Source: a virus
Lineage: Duplodnaviria > Heunggongvirae > Uroviricota > Caudoviricetes
Length of the DNA stretch: 64,000 nt
IMG/VR virus record: IMGVR_UViG_3300017565_000001
Location: 333,741-397,740 of that record
Reading direction: 5' to 3' (one strand)
Shown here: positions 8,444 through 17,718 of the stretch, piece by piece
Layout: the number at the start of each line of letters is the position of its first letter
Numbering within the stretch: position 1 is the stretch's first letter
Notes under the pieces: model-generated
What the model was told of the DNA's origin: nothing
The model's database searches: none
Seen by the model: the letters and a program-made list of their open reading frames with translations, nothing else
Made by a program: the position numbers and the translations under genes

Positions 8444-9438
8444 TCCAACCACTTCCATTCGTAGCTTGCTAGAAGCTTCGTATAATCCCCACCAACAGAC
8501 GTGAAGTACAGGAGCGCATCGTGCGCTCCTTTTTGCGACCAATCACCGTATAGGGCGTGGGAAGGGGCCAGCCAGCGTTCTAGGCGGTAACTTGCTTCCT
8601 GTTCTCCACGCTCACTGTAAAGTTTCAACTTCAATGCTTCCCTGAAGGCCGTGCGCCAAGCATGTTGGGGGCTGGTATTAAACACGGCCGTACCAGACAA
8701 TCGATTTACTTCTTCGTATGGTTGCGCCAACGTGAAATCAATCTCATCACCTGGGTTTACGAGCACTAGCTTCTTGCAATAGGCAATCACAGCTTGATGG
8801 CCGTAAACCAATCCATTTACTGGATTTTCAGCCATGAACACATAGTGGCGATCTTCGTATTTTGCAGGGGTCCAGCTAAAGTCAAAGTCAGGATAGATTT
8901 TGATCTTCGCAAATACAGCAAAGAAGTGTTCTGTATTGCTTGCTTGTGCCGCAGTCTTATAGGCTGCCGATCGTCCAGTCACACCATCAACCCTAACTAC
9001 TCTATTGGGAATATGATCGGTGACTTCTTGTAGAAGAGACCAATGCTCTTCAGCGGTTGATTCCCCGTTTGAAATGAATACGATATCCAGGGGATCATTC
9101 TTAACAAAAGACGAACGTTGATTGATGACACGAACCTCGTTATTGAATATAGCTCGTTCATCTGTTATTTCCAATTTCTTGGGGATTAGGGCCACTCCCA
9201 AGGATTCATTGGAGTTTCGGCAACAATGCACCAAGTCCTGATCCCATGGTTCCACCGTGTAATCAAAATTGAAATTGTCCAAGACCAGCATGTCATCCCA
9301 CACCACCCAATAGTATTTGGTGAACGATTTGCGGCGGGCTTCAGCTATTGAACCAACAGCTTTGATTCGTGGAAATCTATTTTTGAGTTTCTGGTATTGG
9401 TCAGAAGGATTATTGGTTATCAGGAATATGTCGTACAT
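8398..9438 (-). CDS. glycosyltransferase-like protein with tandem GT-A-like segments
   Basis: Paralogous to 15015..15935 (DIVFIS..E..AEEHW, RV.GV.G..AA..AA..S.T..F, NPVNGLVYG, AWRTAFRE..KL); extra N-terminal segment with WVVWDD. Confidence 0.65.
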   Translation of the reverse strand: MYDIFLITNNPSDQYQKLKNRFPRIKAVGSIAEARRKSFTKYYWVVWDDMLVLDNFNFDYTVEPWDQDLVHCCRNSNESLGVALIPKKLEITDERAIFNNEVRVINQRSSFVKNDPLDIVFISNGESTAEEHWSLLQEVTDHIPNRVVRVDGVTGRSAAYKTAAQASNTEHFFAVFAKIKIYPDFDFSWTPAKYEDRHYVFMAENPVNGLVYGHQAVIAYCKKLVLVNPGDEIDFTLAQPYEEVNRLSGTAVFNTSPQHAWRTAFREALKLKLYSERGEQEASYRLERWLAPSHALYGDWSQKGAHDALLYFTSVGGDYTKLLASYEWKWLDQFFSEKYASTLLTT

Positions 9439-9440
9439 GA

Positions 9441-10346
9441 TCAGAATTGCATGTTCTTTTTCCACTGCGATTTGACGACAGTGGTCTGGCCCACTTTACC
9501 ACATGCTCGTTGACATGTGACATGGGGATCAGTCGTTAGTCGATTGATGATAGTATCTATCACCCGATCTTTCGGAATATCCCGTATGCCGTGGTCCGAC
9601 TCAATATCAGCCTTGGTAGCGATATAACAACACGGGTACCATTCACCTAACGAATTCACGAACACACTTCGATCTCGTAGGGCTTCGCATTCTATTCCTT
9701 GAATTTCTGGTTCCTTGTACTCACTAACCTTCTTGAGCCAAAAGACCGTTTGATGAACTTGCCTTTCGGTTTCTTTCAATCGGAACCACAGGAAGCCCAT
9801 AGAGCGCGCCAAAGCCTCTGCTTCATCGACCTGATGTTTGTTATGCTCAAACACCAAATAATCCCAGTGAGCGTGTCCTCCCGCGTCTATGAATGCTTGG
9901 GCGTTAGTCATTACCTTCGACCATACGGCATCACGGCGATAGATGTGATTAGTATCTTCCAATCCATCTATAGACCAGATGACAAAGTCCAGGGGTTGAT
10001 TTAAGATCCCAGCCAATTCCCGCCACCAGGCCGCGTTCCGTAAACTACCATTCGTATTCATCCCAAGCTCGATGTCTGGGTTACATTCACGAAAATACCG
10101 GTAGATATCCAGACAATCTTTAGCCATAGCAGGTTCACCAAAGTTGCCACACATGAACATTTTGCGAAGACCACGAATGAACTCTGGACTGAAGGTTTGC
10201 TTTGCTCTTTCCAGAGTCATTTCACCATGACGTAGTGTTTCGTTTGGCAAATCACCTTCAGTTCTGCGGCATTGAGGGCACCGTAGGTTGCAATTAGTGG
10301 TGACTTCAAGATGTAAAACATCCGCTTCGTGTTGTAATGATGTCAT
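9441..10346 (-). CDS. radical SAM enzyme with C-terminal twitch-like Cys cluster
   Basis: CNLRCPQC, CGNFGEP, TNGS, SIDG; C-terminal C...G..YPCC...CQRAC. Confidence 0.9.
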   Translation of the reverse strand: MTSLQHEADVLHLEVTTNCNLRCPQCRRTEGDLPNETLRHGEMTLERAKQTFSPEFIRGLRKMFMCGNFGEPAMAKDCLDIYRYFRECNPDIELGMNTNGSLRNAAWWRELAGILNQPLDFVIWSIDGLEDTNHIYRRDAVWSKVMTNAQAFIDAGGHAHWDYLVFEHNKHQVDEAEALARSMGFLWFRLKETERQVHQTVFWLKKVSEYKEPEIQGIECEALRDRSVFVNSLGEWYPCCYIATKADIESDHGIRDIPKDRVIDTIINRLTTDPHVTCQRACGKVGQTTVVKSQWKKNMQF

Positions 10347-11056
10347 AGAGTATAAGGTTTGGTTGGTACCACAAAACTACTCGAATACAACCCAATGCCA
10401 TTCAGAATACGCATGTCGTCCAAACAACCATCAAAATACCGTTGATTGGTAAAGAAGCCACCCACATAACAGGAACCACCAAAGCTATCAAAGTTCTGAA
10501 CTTGATTGAGTGTGGTATCCAGAACTCCATTTACGAAGATCATGAATACGTTGTTGATGCGAGTTATCGCCACGTGCGTCCAAGTTTGTGGCGATATTGT
10601 GATGTTACCCAGGAGAAGTACCGAGTTGGTGATGTAGCTGTATAGGCGAATCTTACCCAGGTTGTTTATTCCCACCATGAGAAAATTCCCCGCTGCCGAA
10701 GCTCCCATGGTCAGGATCGGACTATGGACTACGCTTGCACTGACATATTGATTCAACCAACAAAAACATTCAATGGTAAAATCGTTTGTCCCCAATACCA
10801 ACTTATTGATCTTCGGGACATTCACATATTGCTGATTGGTGGACGATGAGCCGCGCAGGTCCAAGGAACCACCAAACTTAGAAAGAGTGTTGGTTATTTT
10901 GGCGTTCCCTACTATCGAGATGGGGCCATCTGGAGAGGTTGCAACTATTTGAGTAGAACCTTCTTCACCATCAAAATGAGACGCGAATCCCACTTGGTCT
11001 CGATACTGTGATTCGGGTGAAGATGAAGCAGACAAAAGCTTAGTAGTTAAATTCAT
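10343..11056 (-). CDS. LamG/concanavalin A-like lectin-domain protein (putative virion adhesin)
   Basis: HFDG.EGST, DFTIECF, WTHVAITR..N...IFVNG, G.LDDMRI, F..PT.P. Confidence 0.8.
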   Translation of the reverse strand: MNLTTKLLSASSSPESQYRDQVGFASHFDGEEGSTQIVATSPDGPISIVGNAKITNTLSKFGGSLDLRGSSSTNQQYVNVPKINKLVLGTNDFTIECFCWLNQYVSASVVHSPILTMGASAAGNFLMVGINNLGKIRLYSYITNSVLLLGNITISPQTWTHVAITRINNVFMIFVNGVLDTTLNQVQNFDSFGGSCYVGGFFTNQRYFDGCLDDMRILNGIGLYSSSFVVPTKPYTL

Positions 11057-11093
11057 TTGGGTTCTTGCTATAAAATCGAGCGCTATCCGTTAT

Positions 11094-11258
11094 TTACCTA
11101 TCAAGTTTGCGAATATCTACCTGGAGTTCTGTCAGGGTAAAGAGACCCTTATGACTCTCCATGAATGTACCAGTTACCAATTCCCATAAGTCTACCTGGA
11201 GATTCCCCTCATCATCAGGAATTGATCCCCCAATCCCATTGATATCCTTGAACATCAT
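11094..11258 (-). CDS. small acidic hypothetical peptide (54 aa), not in ORF track
   Basis: Translated by hand: MMFKDINGIGGSIPDDEGNLQVDLWELVTGTFMESHKGLFTLTELQVDIRKLDR; fills the gap between two lectin genes; weak SD. Confidence 0.35.
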   Translation of the reverse strand: MMFKDINGIGGSIPDDEGNLQVDLWELVTGTFMESHKGLFTLTELQVDIRKLDR

Positions 11259-11302
11259 CCGTAAAGAATGATCCCCTAGATACTATCACACACCATTAGA
11301 AC

Positions 11303-11329
11303 AAAGAGGAACATTTTCTGTTCCTCTTT
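11303..11329. terminator. terminator-like hairpin
   Basis: AAAGAGGAACA/TGTTCCTCTTT inverted repeat just past the stop of 11332..12030. Confidence 0.65.
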
Positions 11330-11331
11330 CT

Positions 11332-12030
11332 TTATTTCCATGTCAATGGATCGAAGGTTTGTGTCCTTGCCACTAGTTCATATCTGAACTGTGATATCAA
11401 TCCCCTGTAGCCATACCTAGCTGAATTACCACCCGTGTAGCCACTTCTATCACCGATACCACCAATATACATGTTTAGATTCGACGGATTTGCTCCTTGT
11501 GCTGGACCGAATGGTTTACCATCAATAAATCCCGTTATAGTTCCAGTTGAGCGTTCGTATGCCATTGCCACATGACGCCAGGTACCTACTGGTGATGCAG
11601 TGTCGCTATAGGCTCCTGATACTGAGCCACCAACAGATCCTGTCTTGGGGTACGTTGCCGTTCCTGTTCCACTCATAACCACGTAATTGAGATTCAGACC
11701 GCTAAATGGTCCAATCTGCAGAATCCAGGCTTGTGGTGGTGAATTGCCATATTGCGGCTGATAACTGGTTGGATTTATGAAGAAGCCAACCGTGAACGAA
11801 TTCAATCCCAGGGTTGGTGCCAGATCGTATTGCAAGCAGGATGCGCCTGTATCACTCCACAGGTTGCAAGAGTCACCATTCGGTGCGATTGTCGCTGATG
11901 TTGCAGTACCAGAACCAGCCCAAGTGGTTCTGGGAGTCATTGATGAAAATTGAATAATACCACGAGGACCATCTTGCTCAGTCTCACCGTCGTATGCAGC
12001 AAACAACAGTTTGTATACGATAGGGATCAT
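11332..12030 (-). CDS. LamG/ConA-like lectin-domain protein
   Basis: SFTVGFFINP, WRHVAM.Y...G.I..FIDG, G.ISQFR; Gly/Ser/Thr-rich. Confidence 0.7.
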   Translation of the reverse strand: MIPIVYKLLFAAYDGETEQDGPRGIIQFSSMTPRTTWAGSGTATSATIAPNGDSCNLWSDTGASCLQYDLAPTLGLNSFTVGFFINPTSYQPQYGNSPPQAWILQIGPFSGLNLNYVVMSGTGTATYPKTGSVGGSVSGAYSDTASPVGTWRHVAMAYERSTGTITGFIDGKPFGPAQGANPSNLNMYIGGIGDRSGYTGGNSARYGYRGLISQFRYELVARTQTFDPLTWK

Positions 12031-12053
12031 AAAGGTGTGCTCAAAACCTTTAT

Positions 12054-13592
12054 TTACTTTGATGGTGGTACAAAGTCCTGTGAACCTGGATTTGTCTTAC
12101 TCTTGTCTAGGATCCATCCTTCCTGTTTGGCTCTTTCTTTCAATTCTCTTTCGTGGGGCCATTCCTCGACCCTGCCCTTCTCCAGCTTGATAGGAATAAG
12201 CTTGGTATCGGGAATGCTGTCAAACCATTCAACCAGTTGTGGGAATGTAGCCCTGAAGTCCTTGCCCCTACGAGCGTCGTATTGCTTGAAGAAACTGCGG
12301 AAGTCGCGCTCTCTAGATTTCAGGCTGCTGGTATGAGCATGACCCTCAGTGACTTCTCTCAGGTATTGGATGAGGCGAACGATACCATCGTGTTCGTGTT
12401 GTTGAAGAATTCCCCTACCCTTCAAATGTTCAGGTTGGTAATCCCAATTGTGCTTCAACCAGGTTTCAATGTGGTCGGCGCGTTCCAACCTAATATGTTC
12501 TGGTAGTGTCACTGCACTCTGAAAACTAGGGAATCTCAGAATATTGAAGCTCATGCTGCAATGATGCATGCCGTATTGTTCTTTGATTCTATTCAATGAA
12601 TCCATAAAGTCCGTGATGCTAAACAGGCAAAGACTGTTTACGGTCATCATCACGTGTGTGGCAGCAAAATTACCATCCTGAATGCACGTTTTTAGGTTGT
12701 GCAACCATTCATCCCAGTGCAAGCCATCCCTGATATATTCAGCATGAGCTCCGAATGATTCATTGCTAGTGTATAGATGAATATCCTTGAACGAATGACT
12801 GGCAGTAACGAGTCGCTTCAACAGTTTGGCGTTAACACCCAGATTGCTATTCAGGGCGAGACGAACCTTACATTCAGGATGTTCTTGCCACCAATCCATA
12901 AGCTTCCAGAAGTCTTGACTCATGGTAGCCTCACCACCAGTAATTCGGAGCTCAGTCAGACTATGCTGCAACTCTGCTTCCCACCACTGCCAGAACGCCG
13001 CCAAATAGGGATTATCGGTATTCCGGATACCATAGGGTTGTGCCCAGGAACCGTCCTGTTGGAAAGCACCACCACCATCACTCACTAGATCCTGGTACGG
13101 ACCGTTCTTCTTGACATCAGCCATCCAGGTGGTAGAGAAGCTGGGATTACAATACGAACAAGCGAAATTGCAGTTGGCGTCGAAGGCAATTTCCAAAGTC
13201 TTCAAGTCAACGTCACCCGTGGCACCATGAACTTCGGCAGCTTGTGCCAACTCTTCGTCGGTGTAAATGACACTCTTGAACACACGATCACTGACTTGAT
13301 CCTTACCCAAGTCTTCAATCTTCCAGCAGTAATCGCACTCTTCGGGACGTTCACCCCTGAGCATTTGTTCCCTGACCATCTTCTTGTATGAAGTATTGTG
13401 AATCGCCTTGTAATTGGCCAACACTTCTTCAACTGAAATCTTGTGAGCAGGTGGGTGATGACAGCTTGCAGTCGTACCACTACCCAGCCAGATCGTTGCG
13501 TTATACCACTTTGCACCACAGAATGACGGGCTGATGGGATCAACTACTCGATCCCTGTATTCAACGTATGACTCAGTTTGAATTTTTGGCAC
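12054..13592 (-). CDS. radical SAM enzyme with N-terminal twitch-like Fe-S domain
   Basis: CNFACSYC, ITGGEA; N-terminal FCGAKW...SCHHP...ECDYCW. Confidence 0.9.
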   Translation of the reverse strand: MPKIQTESYVEYRDRVVDPISPSFCGAKWYNATIWLGSGTTASCHHPPAHKISVEEVLANYKAIHNTSYKKMVREQMLRGERPEECDYCWKIEDLGKDQVSDRVFKSVIYTDEELAQAAEVHGATGDVDLKTLEIAFDANCNFACSYCNPSFSTTWMADVKKNGPYQDLVSDGGGAFQQDGSWAQPYGIRNTDNPYLAAFWQWWEAELQHSLTELRITGGEATMSQDFWKLMDWWQEHPECKVRLALNSNLGVNAKLLKRLVTASHSFKDIHLYTSNESFGAHAEYIRDGLHWDEWLHNLKTCIQDGNFAATHVMMTVNSLCLFSITDFMDSLNRIKEQYGMHHCSMSFNILRFPSFQSAVTLPEHIRLERADHIETWLKHNWDYQPEHLKGRGILQQHEHDGIVRLIQYLREVTEGHAHTSSLKSRERDFRSFFKQYDARRGKDFRATFPQLVEWFDSIPDTKLIPIKLEKGRVEEWPHERELKERAKQEGWILDKSKTNPGSQDFVPPSK

Positions 13593-15015
13593 GATACACC
13601 TCCTTGCATGACTCCAAGAATTCCTTGTATTCAGGGAAAGTCTTCAGGAAGTCTGTTCCGCGACGACGATCATATTCGGGATAGAACGCACCAATGTCAT
13701 TCATATGATTGAACATTTGGTCCTGGGGAATTTCTTCCATCATGTATTCACCCAAGCGTTCAATCTGATCAATCTCCTCCAAGTAAAATCTGCCCTTGGA
13801 ATCTGGACTGTTGTGACGCATCAACCCAGTCATGTAGGTTTTGATTTCCTGCAAGTAACGTTCCTTGATTTCCCGGGGTGCGACCCTGACATCCTGAAAC
13901 GGTGGCCAACGCAGATAATTGATCATCATTGGCAACCTGTTCATCGCATCGTCGGGGTTGAATTCGGTCCGCATGGTCCAAATGTCTTGCATGAAATCCT
14001 TGAACGTACTCAGGCTCAACATGTTGAATGTGATCATGAAGTTAAGTCTCGACCATTCACCAGTTTGCGACAAGAACTTGCGGCAGTTGGCAATGAATGA
14101 ATCGTAGTTCATACCGAAGCGAATGTATTCTGCGGCAGGCCCAGCTGCTTCACAACTGGTGAACACATCAAAAGCCTTGATGTTTGGTGCGATCTCGTTA
14201 TACAGCTTGATGAACTTATCCATGAGCTCATCAGGTACCTGGAGATTCGTATTAATGGCCAGGGTAAGATCAGCTCGTGGATTGTCTCTGATCTCTTCAA
14301 GAACGCGCCATGTATGCTTACTCAACAGGGGCTCACCACCCGTGATGCGGAATGTATGCAGGCTCTTGTAAAGATCAGGCCACCATTCCCAGAAAGCATC
14401 CACGTATGGGTTCTCTTCCCTGTTGGGAATAGGCATTTTGCCTATCTTTTCCAGCCACTGAATGTTACCCACTGAATAAGTGGTGCCCTGATATGGACCG
14501 TATTGTTTGACCTCTTCCATCCACTTGGACGAAATGTCAGGCGTGCAATACATGCACTTCAGATTGCAGGTGTTGTCAAATGCGACTTCCAGGTAGGACG
14601 GATTGACGTCCTGGCCTTCCTTTGATTCGATGACTTTCTGCAGGTTGGGATATGCCCAACCCATGTCAGCACTCTTGTATGTGCGATCACTGAAGTGATT
14701 ACCAGGAAGGTCTTCCACTTTCCAACAATAACTGCATTCAGGAGGACGTTCACCACTCAACATCTTCTTGCGAACTTCGACCTTGTATTCGGTGTTGTGC
14801 AGAGCTGATGGCTTACGTTTTATCTCGCTGATGGGGATCTTGTGCGTGGATGGGTGGTGACAAGAATGGGTGTGACCGTTCATCAAATAAACGGTACTTT
14901 GCAGCCACTTTGCCAAACACATTGTGGGTGAGCCACTTTGCTTTTCCACATCATCCATCCGCTCAGCCATTTTTTCAATGTTGATCTGATTGGGTGACTT
15001 GGGGGTATCGGACAT
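13573..15015 (-). CDS. radical SAM enzyme with N-terminal twitch-like Fe-S domain (paralog of 12054..13592)
   Basis: CNLKCMYC, ITGGEP; N-terminal MCLAKW...SCHHP...ECSYCW; YD.RRG.DF..TFP C-terminus shared with paralog. Confidence 0.9.
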   Translation of the reverse strand: MSDTPKSPNQINIEKMAERMDDVEKQSGSPTMCLAKWLQSTVYLMNGHTHSCHHPSTHKIPISEIKRKPSALHNTEYKVEVRKKMLSGERPPECSYCWKVEDLPGNHFSDRTYKSADMGWAYPNLQKVIESKEGQDVNPSYLEVAFDNTCNLKCMYCTPDISSKWMEEVKQYGPYQGTTYSVGNIQWLEKIGKMPIPNREENPYVDAFWEWWPDLYKSLHTFRITGGEPLLSKHTWRVLEEIRDNPRADLTLAINTNLQVPDELMDKFIKLYNEIAPNIKAFDVFTSCEAAGPAAEYIRFGMNYDSFIANCRKFLSQTGEWSRLNFMITFNMLSLSTFKDFMQDIWTMRTEFNPDDAMNRLPMMINYLRWPPFQDVRVAPREIKERYLQEIKTYMTGLMRHNSPDSKGRFYLEEIDQIERLGEYMMEEIPQDQMFNHMNDIGAFYPEYDRRRGTDFLKTFPEYKEFLESCKEVYRAKNSN

Positions 15016-15935
15016 TAGATGTTCCTGAGTTTGAAAGTTTCGCGGAAGAACGCACTAGTATCCGCGTCTAGTGTTGGTACACTGATCTTGGTGGTTTCCT
15101 TGATGTAAGCACCAAGTTTCTTGATTTCTTCTTCAACAAAGAAGAGTGCATGGTCTTCTGTTCGTTGCTTGCCCATATTGGGCAGATAGATCTGATGAGA
15201 CACTTCAGCCCAGTATTGGTTGAACCAGTCATAATCACGGATCACGGAGAAGTCCCATGTGGCGTCACACATCTTGCACCATGCCAAACGAGTGCCGTAA
15301 ATAGCCCAGAGACCATGCTCCACATCAGCACCAACTGACGACCAGATGCGTAGGTTACGCAAATTTACGCCGTGTAGTTGCGTCTTCATAAGTTCGGGTT
15401 TGATGCGCTGGCCCCTATCTAGGGCCAATTTGACACCCTCTCGGAACCCCACACGAAACGCCTGGTATGGGGAACCGTTGTTCCAGACTTCACTGAATGC
15501 CTTGTGAATACCCTTGTAGTTTTCATCCCAACAGAAATCCACGGCCTGTCCATCTTCAGACAGTTCATGGCTACGCATATTCAGGGCAAATTCTTTGGAC
15601 CACAATTTCAGGCCACCATTACCGTACATCAAACCATTCATCATGTTGATGCCGTTCCAACAGAAGCTCTTGTTGCGATCCAGGGTATCGTCTAATTCGA
15701 TTGTTTCGTCGAAGAATTCTGGCAACACAATGTTGTCAGCATCGACTGTGATGAACCACGGAGTTTCGCTTTGTTCCGCGCAAGCTCTATGAGCTGCGTC
15801 AAAGCCCTTTACGCCATGGACTCGTTTAGCCCAAGGCGCCTTGTCAAGTAAATCAGCCCAATGCTTTTCGGCATTGGGCTCGTCGTAACTCAAAAAGAAA
15901 ATATCAAATTCACTGATGCCGTAAGTCTTTTTCAT
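15015..15935 (-). CDS. putative GT-A glycosyltransferase
   Basis: DIFFLSYDEPNA, GVKGFDAAHRACA, WFITVDAD (DxD), YGNGGLKLW. Confidence 0.7.
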   Translation of the reverse strand: MKKTYGISEFDIFFLSYDEPNAEKHWADLLDKAPWAKRVHGVKGFDAAHRACAEQSETPWFITVDADNIVLPEFFDETIELDDTLDRNKSFCWNGINMMNGLMYGNGGLKLWSKEFALNMRSHELSEDGQAVDFCWDENYKGIHKAFSEVWNNGSPYQAFRVGFREGVKLALDRGQRIKPELMKTQLHGVNLRNLRIWSSVGADVEHGLWAIYGTRLAWCKMCDATWDFSVIRDYDWFNQYWAEVSHQIYLPNMGKQRTEDHALFFVEEEIKKLGAYIKETTKISVPTLDADTSAFFRETFKLRNI

Positions 15936-16849
15936 TCTTGTTTTCGTATGAAGAGCATCTGATCAGCAATCGGGAACCCCGACACGCCAAACTTTGCTCC
16001 TGCTTTCTTCTTGACCTTGGTTGTCAGACCACCTTTCTCGATCAATTCGTTGACATCGTAGTCGATCGTGTCAACAAAGATCATGGGGTCACCGGCCTTA
16101 GTCAAGAACACTGACGGCTTGGAACTTTCTGGCGTGTACAGCTGGGGCTCACCAACAACCTTGAGCTCAAGTGTGTTGTTATTTATGAGATGATACACTA
16201 CCACTCCTTCAAAGTCTTCTGGTACCTGAGTTGCTTGTTTGAAGACAGTCAATTTGTTCATATGCCCAGTTCTTACATGGGCGGTCATCCAGTCTGCATT
16301 CCGAATCACCAATTGATAGTTACGGAACACCTTGATAGTGCTCACCGCATAATCACTGATTTGGTTCTTGAATTGGTAACGAACTGAACCTCGTTCCACC
16401 AACTGCTTGACATTGATCTTGAATTCACCCAAGACCATAGACGGATCCTTTTGCTTATGCAGAATGAAGCGGAGTTCCTGTTCAGTGATATTCACCAATG
16501 GCACACCGACAAATTTCTGAGGAATTGATACTTCAAAAGTGTTGCTCTTCAGGTAAAGGGCGACCGTGATTGTTGGGACGTTTGAATCGCCAGTTGAATC
16601 CTGGGGGATTGCGATGACTGTGCCGGCATCACTTGGAACGGAATCCAAAACATTCTGTTGAAGGTTGAAAACACCATCCCCAGTTTCAACAACAAACCAC
16701 TCATCAACGCTATATTCAGCAGTGATGAACTTCAGAGCTACTTCCTCATCCACGATATGGAAATCGTAATCACCAAATTCTTCTTGAGGGGCTGGGGCGA
16801 CTGCTTTGATGGCACCTTGATTGTCATGGTAAATGTAGAATGAAGTCAT
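15932..16849 (-). CDS. hypothetical protein with internal domain duplication
   Basis: Operon-coupled ORF; F.L.K..DP......I.V..L.E.G occurs twice. Confidence 0.7.
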   Translation of the reverse strand: MTSFYIYHDNQGAIKAVAPAPQEEFGDYDFHIVDEEVALKFITAEYSVDEWFVVETGDGVFNLQQNVLDSVPSDAGTVIAIPQDSTGDSNVPTITVALYLKSNTFEVSIPQKFVGVPLVNITEQELRFILHKQKDPSMVLGEFKINVKQLVERGSVRYQFKNQISDYAVSTIKVFRNYQLVIRNADWMTAHVRTGHMNKLTVFKQATQVPEDFEGVVVYHLINNNTLELKVVGEPQLYTPESSKPSVFLTKAGDPMIFVDTIDYDVNELIEKGGLTTKVKKKAGAKFGVSGFPIADQMLFIRKQE

Positions 16850-17718
16850 AGTCCTAGTTTCTCCTCATAGGTGGCAATCATATCGTCTGTAAGGAATTCT
16901 TTGATATGATAGTGGAGTGGCGCAATTTGGCGACAACGTCCGATCTTTAGTTCCAGATCTTCTGTGAAATAAACGCCGATGTGTTTTGTCCAATCCTCTG
17001 TAATTGATTTATCGTCCCAATTTTGCAGTTTGGATTTCATGTGAACAAAATGTGGGAACTTTCTAACCGTATTCGTACACTGATCATCCGCATCGAGCAA
17101 TCGCATAGCAAGGGCAAATACCACATCTGTACTAACCTCTGCTGGACGTGGCTCATCAGTAAATTCGTAGCGGAATTTTTCCCAGTTCTGGTAGATGATT
17201 TCGGCCATATCAAACAGTTCTTTGGCCATATCGCTTGACTTGAAAAACATGAATGCCGTGTAAACATTTGACAGCTTGTTTGCCGTAAATGTCTTTCGGT
17301 AAAAGTCACTGGTGATTTCTTCACCCCTGAACGTCAATGCTGTTGTGGCAGCCCATACGTCCTGAAGCTCCAACGTATCCCACCATGCATCGATGTTCTG
17401 CAGGAAAAGCATGTCACAATCCAGCTTGATTGTTTGCTCATACGGAGTCATGTGATAAGCCTTCCATTCATTCTGAAGCTTCCATGACGCATCCTCGGCC
17501 GCATCGCCCCATGGAATTTCAATCACTTCATCAAACACCTTCCGGTATTTCTCAGGCACTTCTTGGCCAGGCGTGATGCCTACTGCCAAGTATGGAACTT
17601 CGACCTGGGTGGCTTTCAGGCTAAGGGCCAGTCCATATGCCAACCGCAAGTAATCGTATGAACCATTTTGTGCGAAGGTGAAGAACCCACGTTTACGTTT
17701 GAAATCTCGTTGACTCAT
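16846..17718 (-). CDS. putative GT-A (GT8-like) glycosyltransferase
   Basis: RGF..FA.N...DY.RLA..LALSLK, FDEVIEI, TPYEQTIKLDCD (DxD), STDVVFALA, HYHIK. Confidence 0.7.
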   Translation of the reverse strand: MSQRDFKRKRGFFTFAQNGSYDYLRLAYGLALSLKATQVEVPYLAVGITPGQEVPEKYRKVFDEVIEIPWGDAAEDASWKLQNEWKAYHMTPYEQTIKLDCDMLFLQNIDAWWDTLELQDVWAATTALTFRGEEITSDFYRKTFTANKLSNVYTAFMFFKSSDMAKELFDMAEIIYQNWEKFRYEFTDEPRPAEVSTDVVFALAMRLLDADDQCTNTVRKFPHFVHMKSKLQNWDDKSITEDWTKHIGVYFTEDLELKIGRCRQIAPLHYHIKEFLTDDMIATYEEKLGL

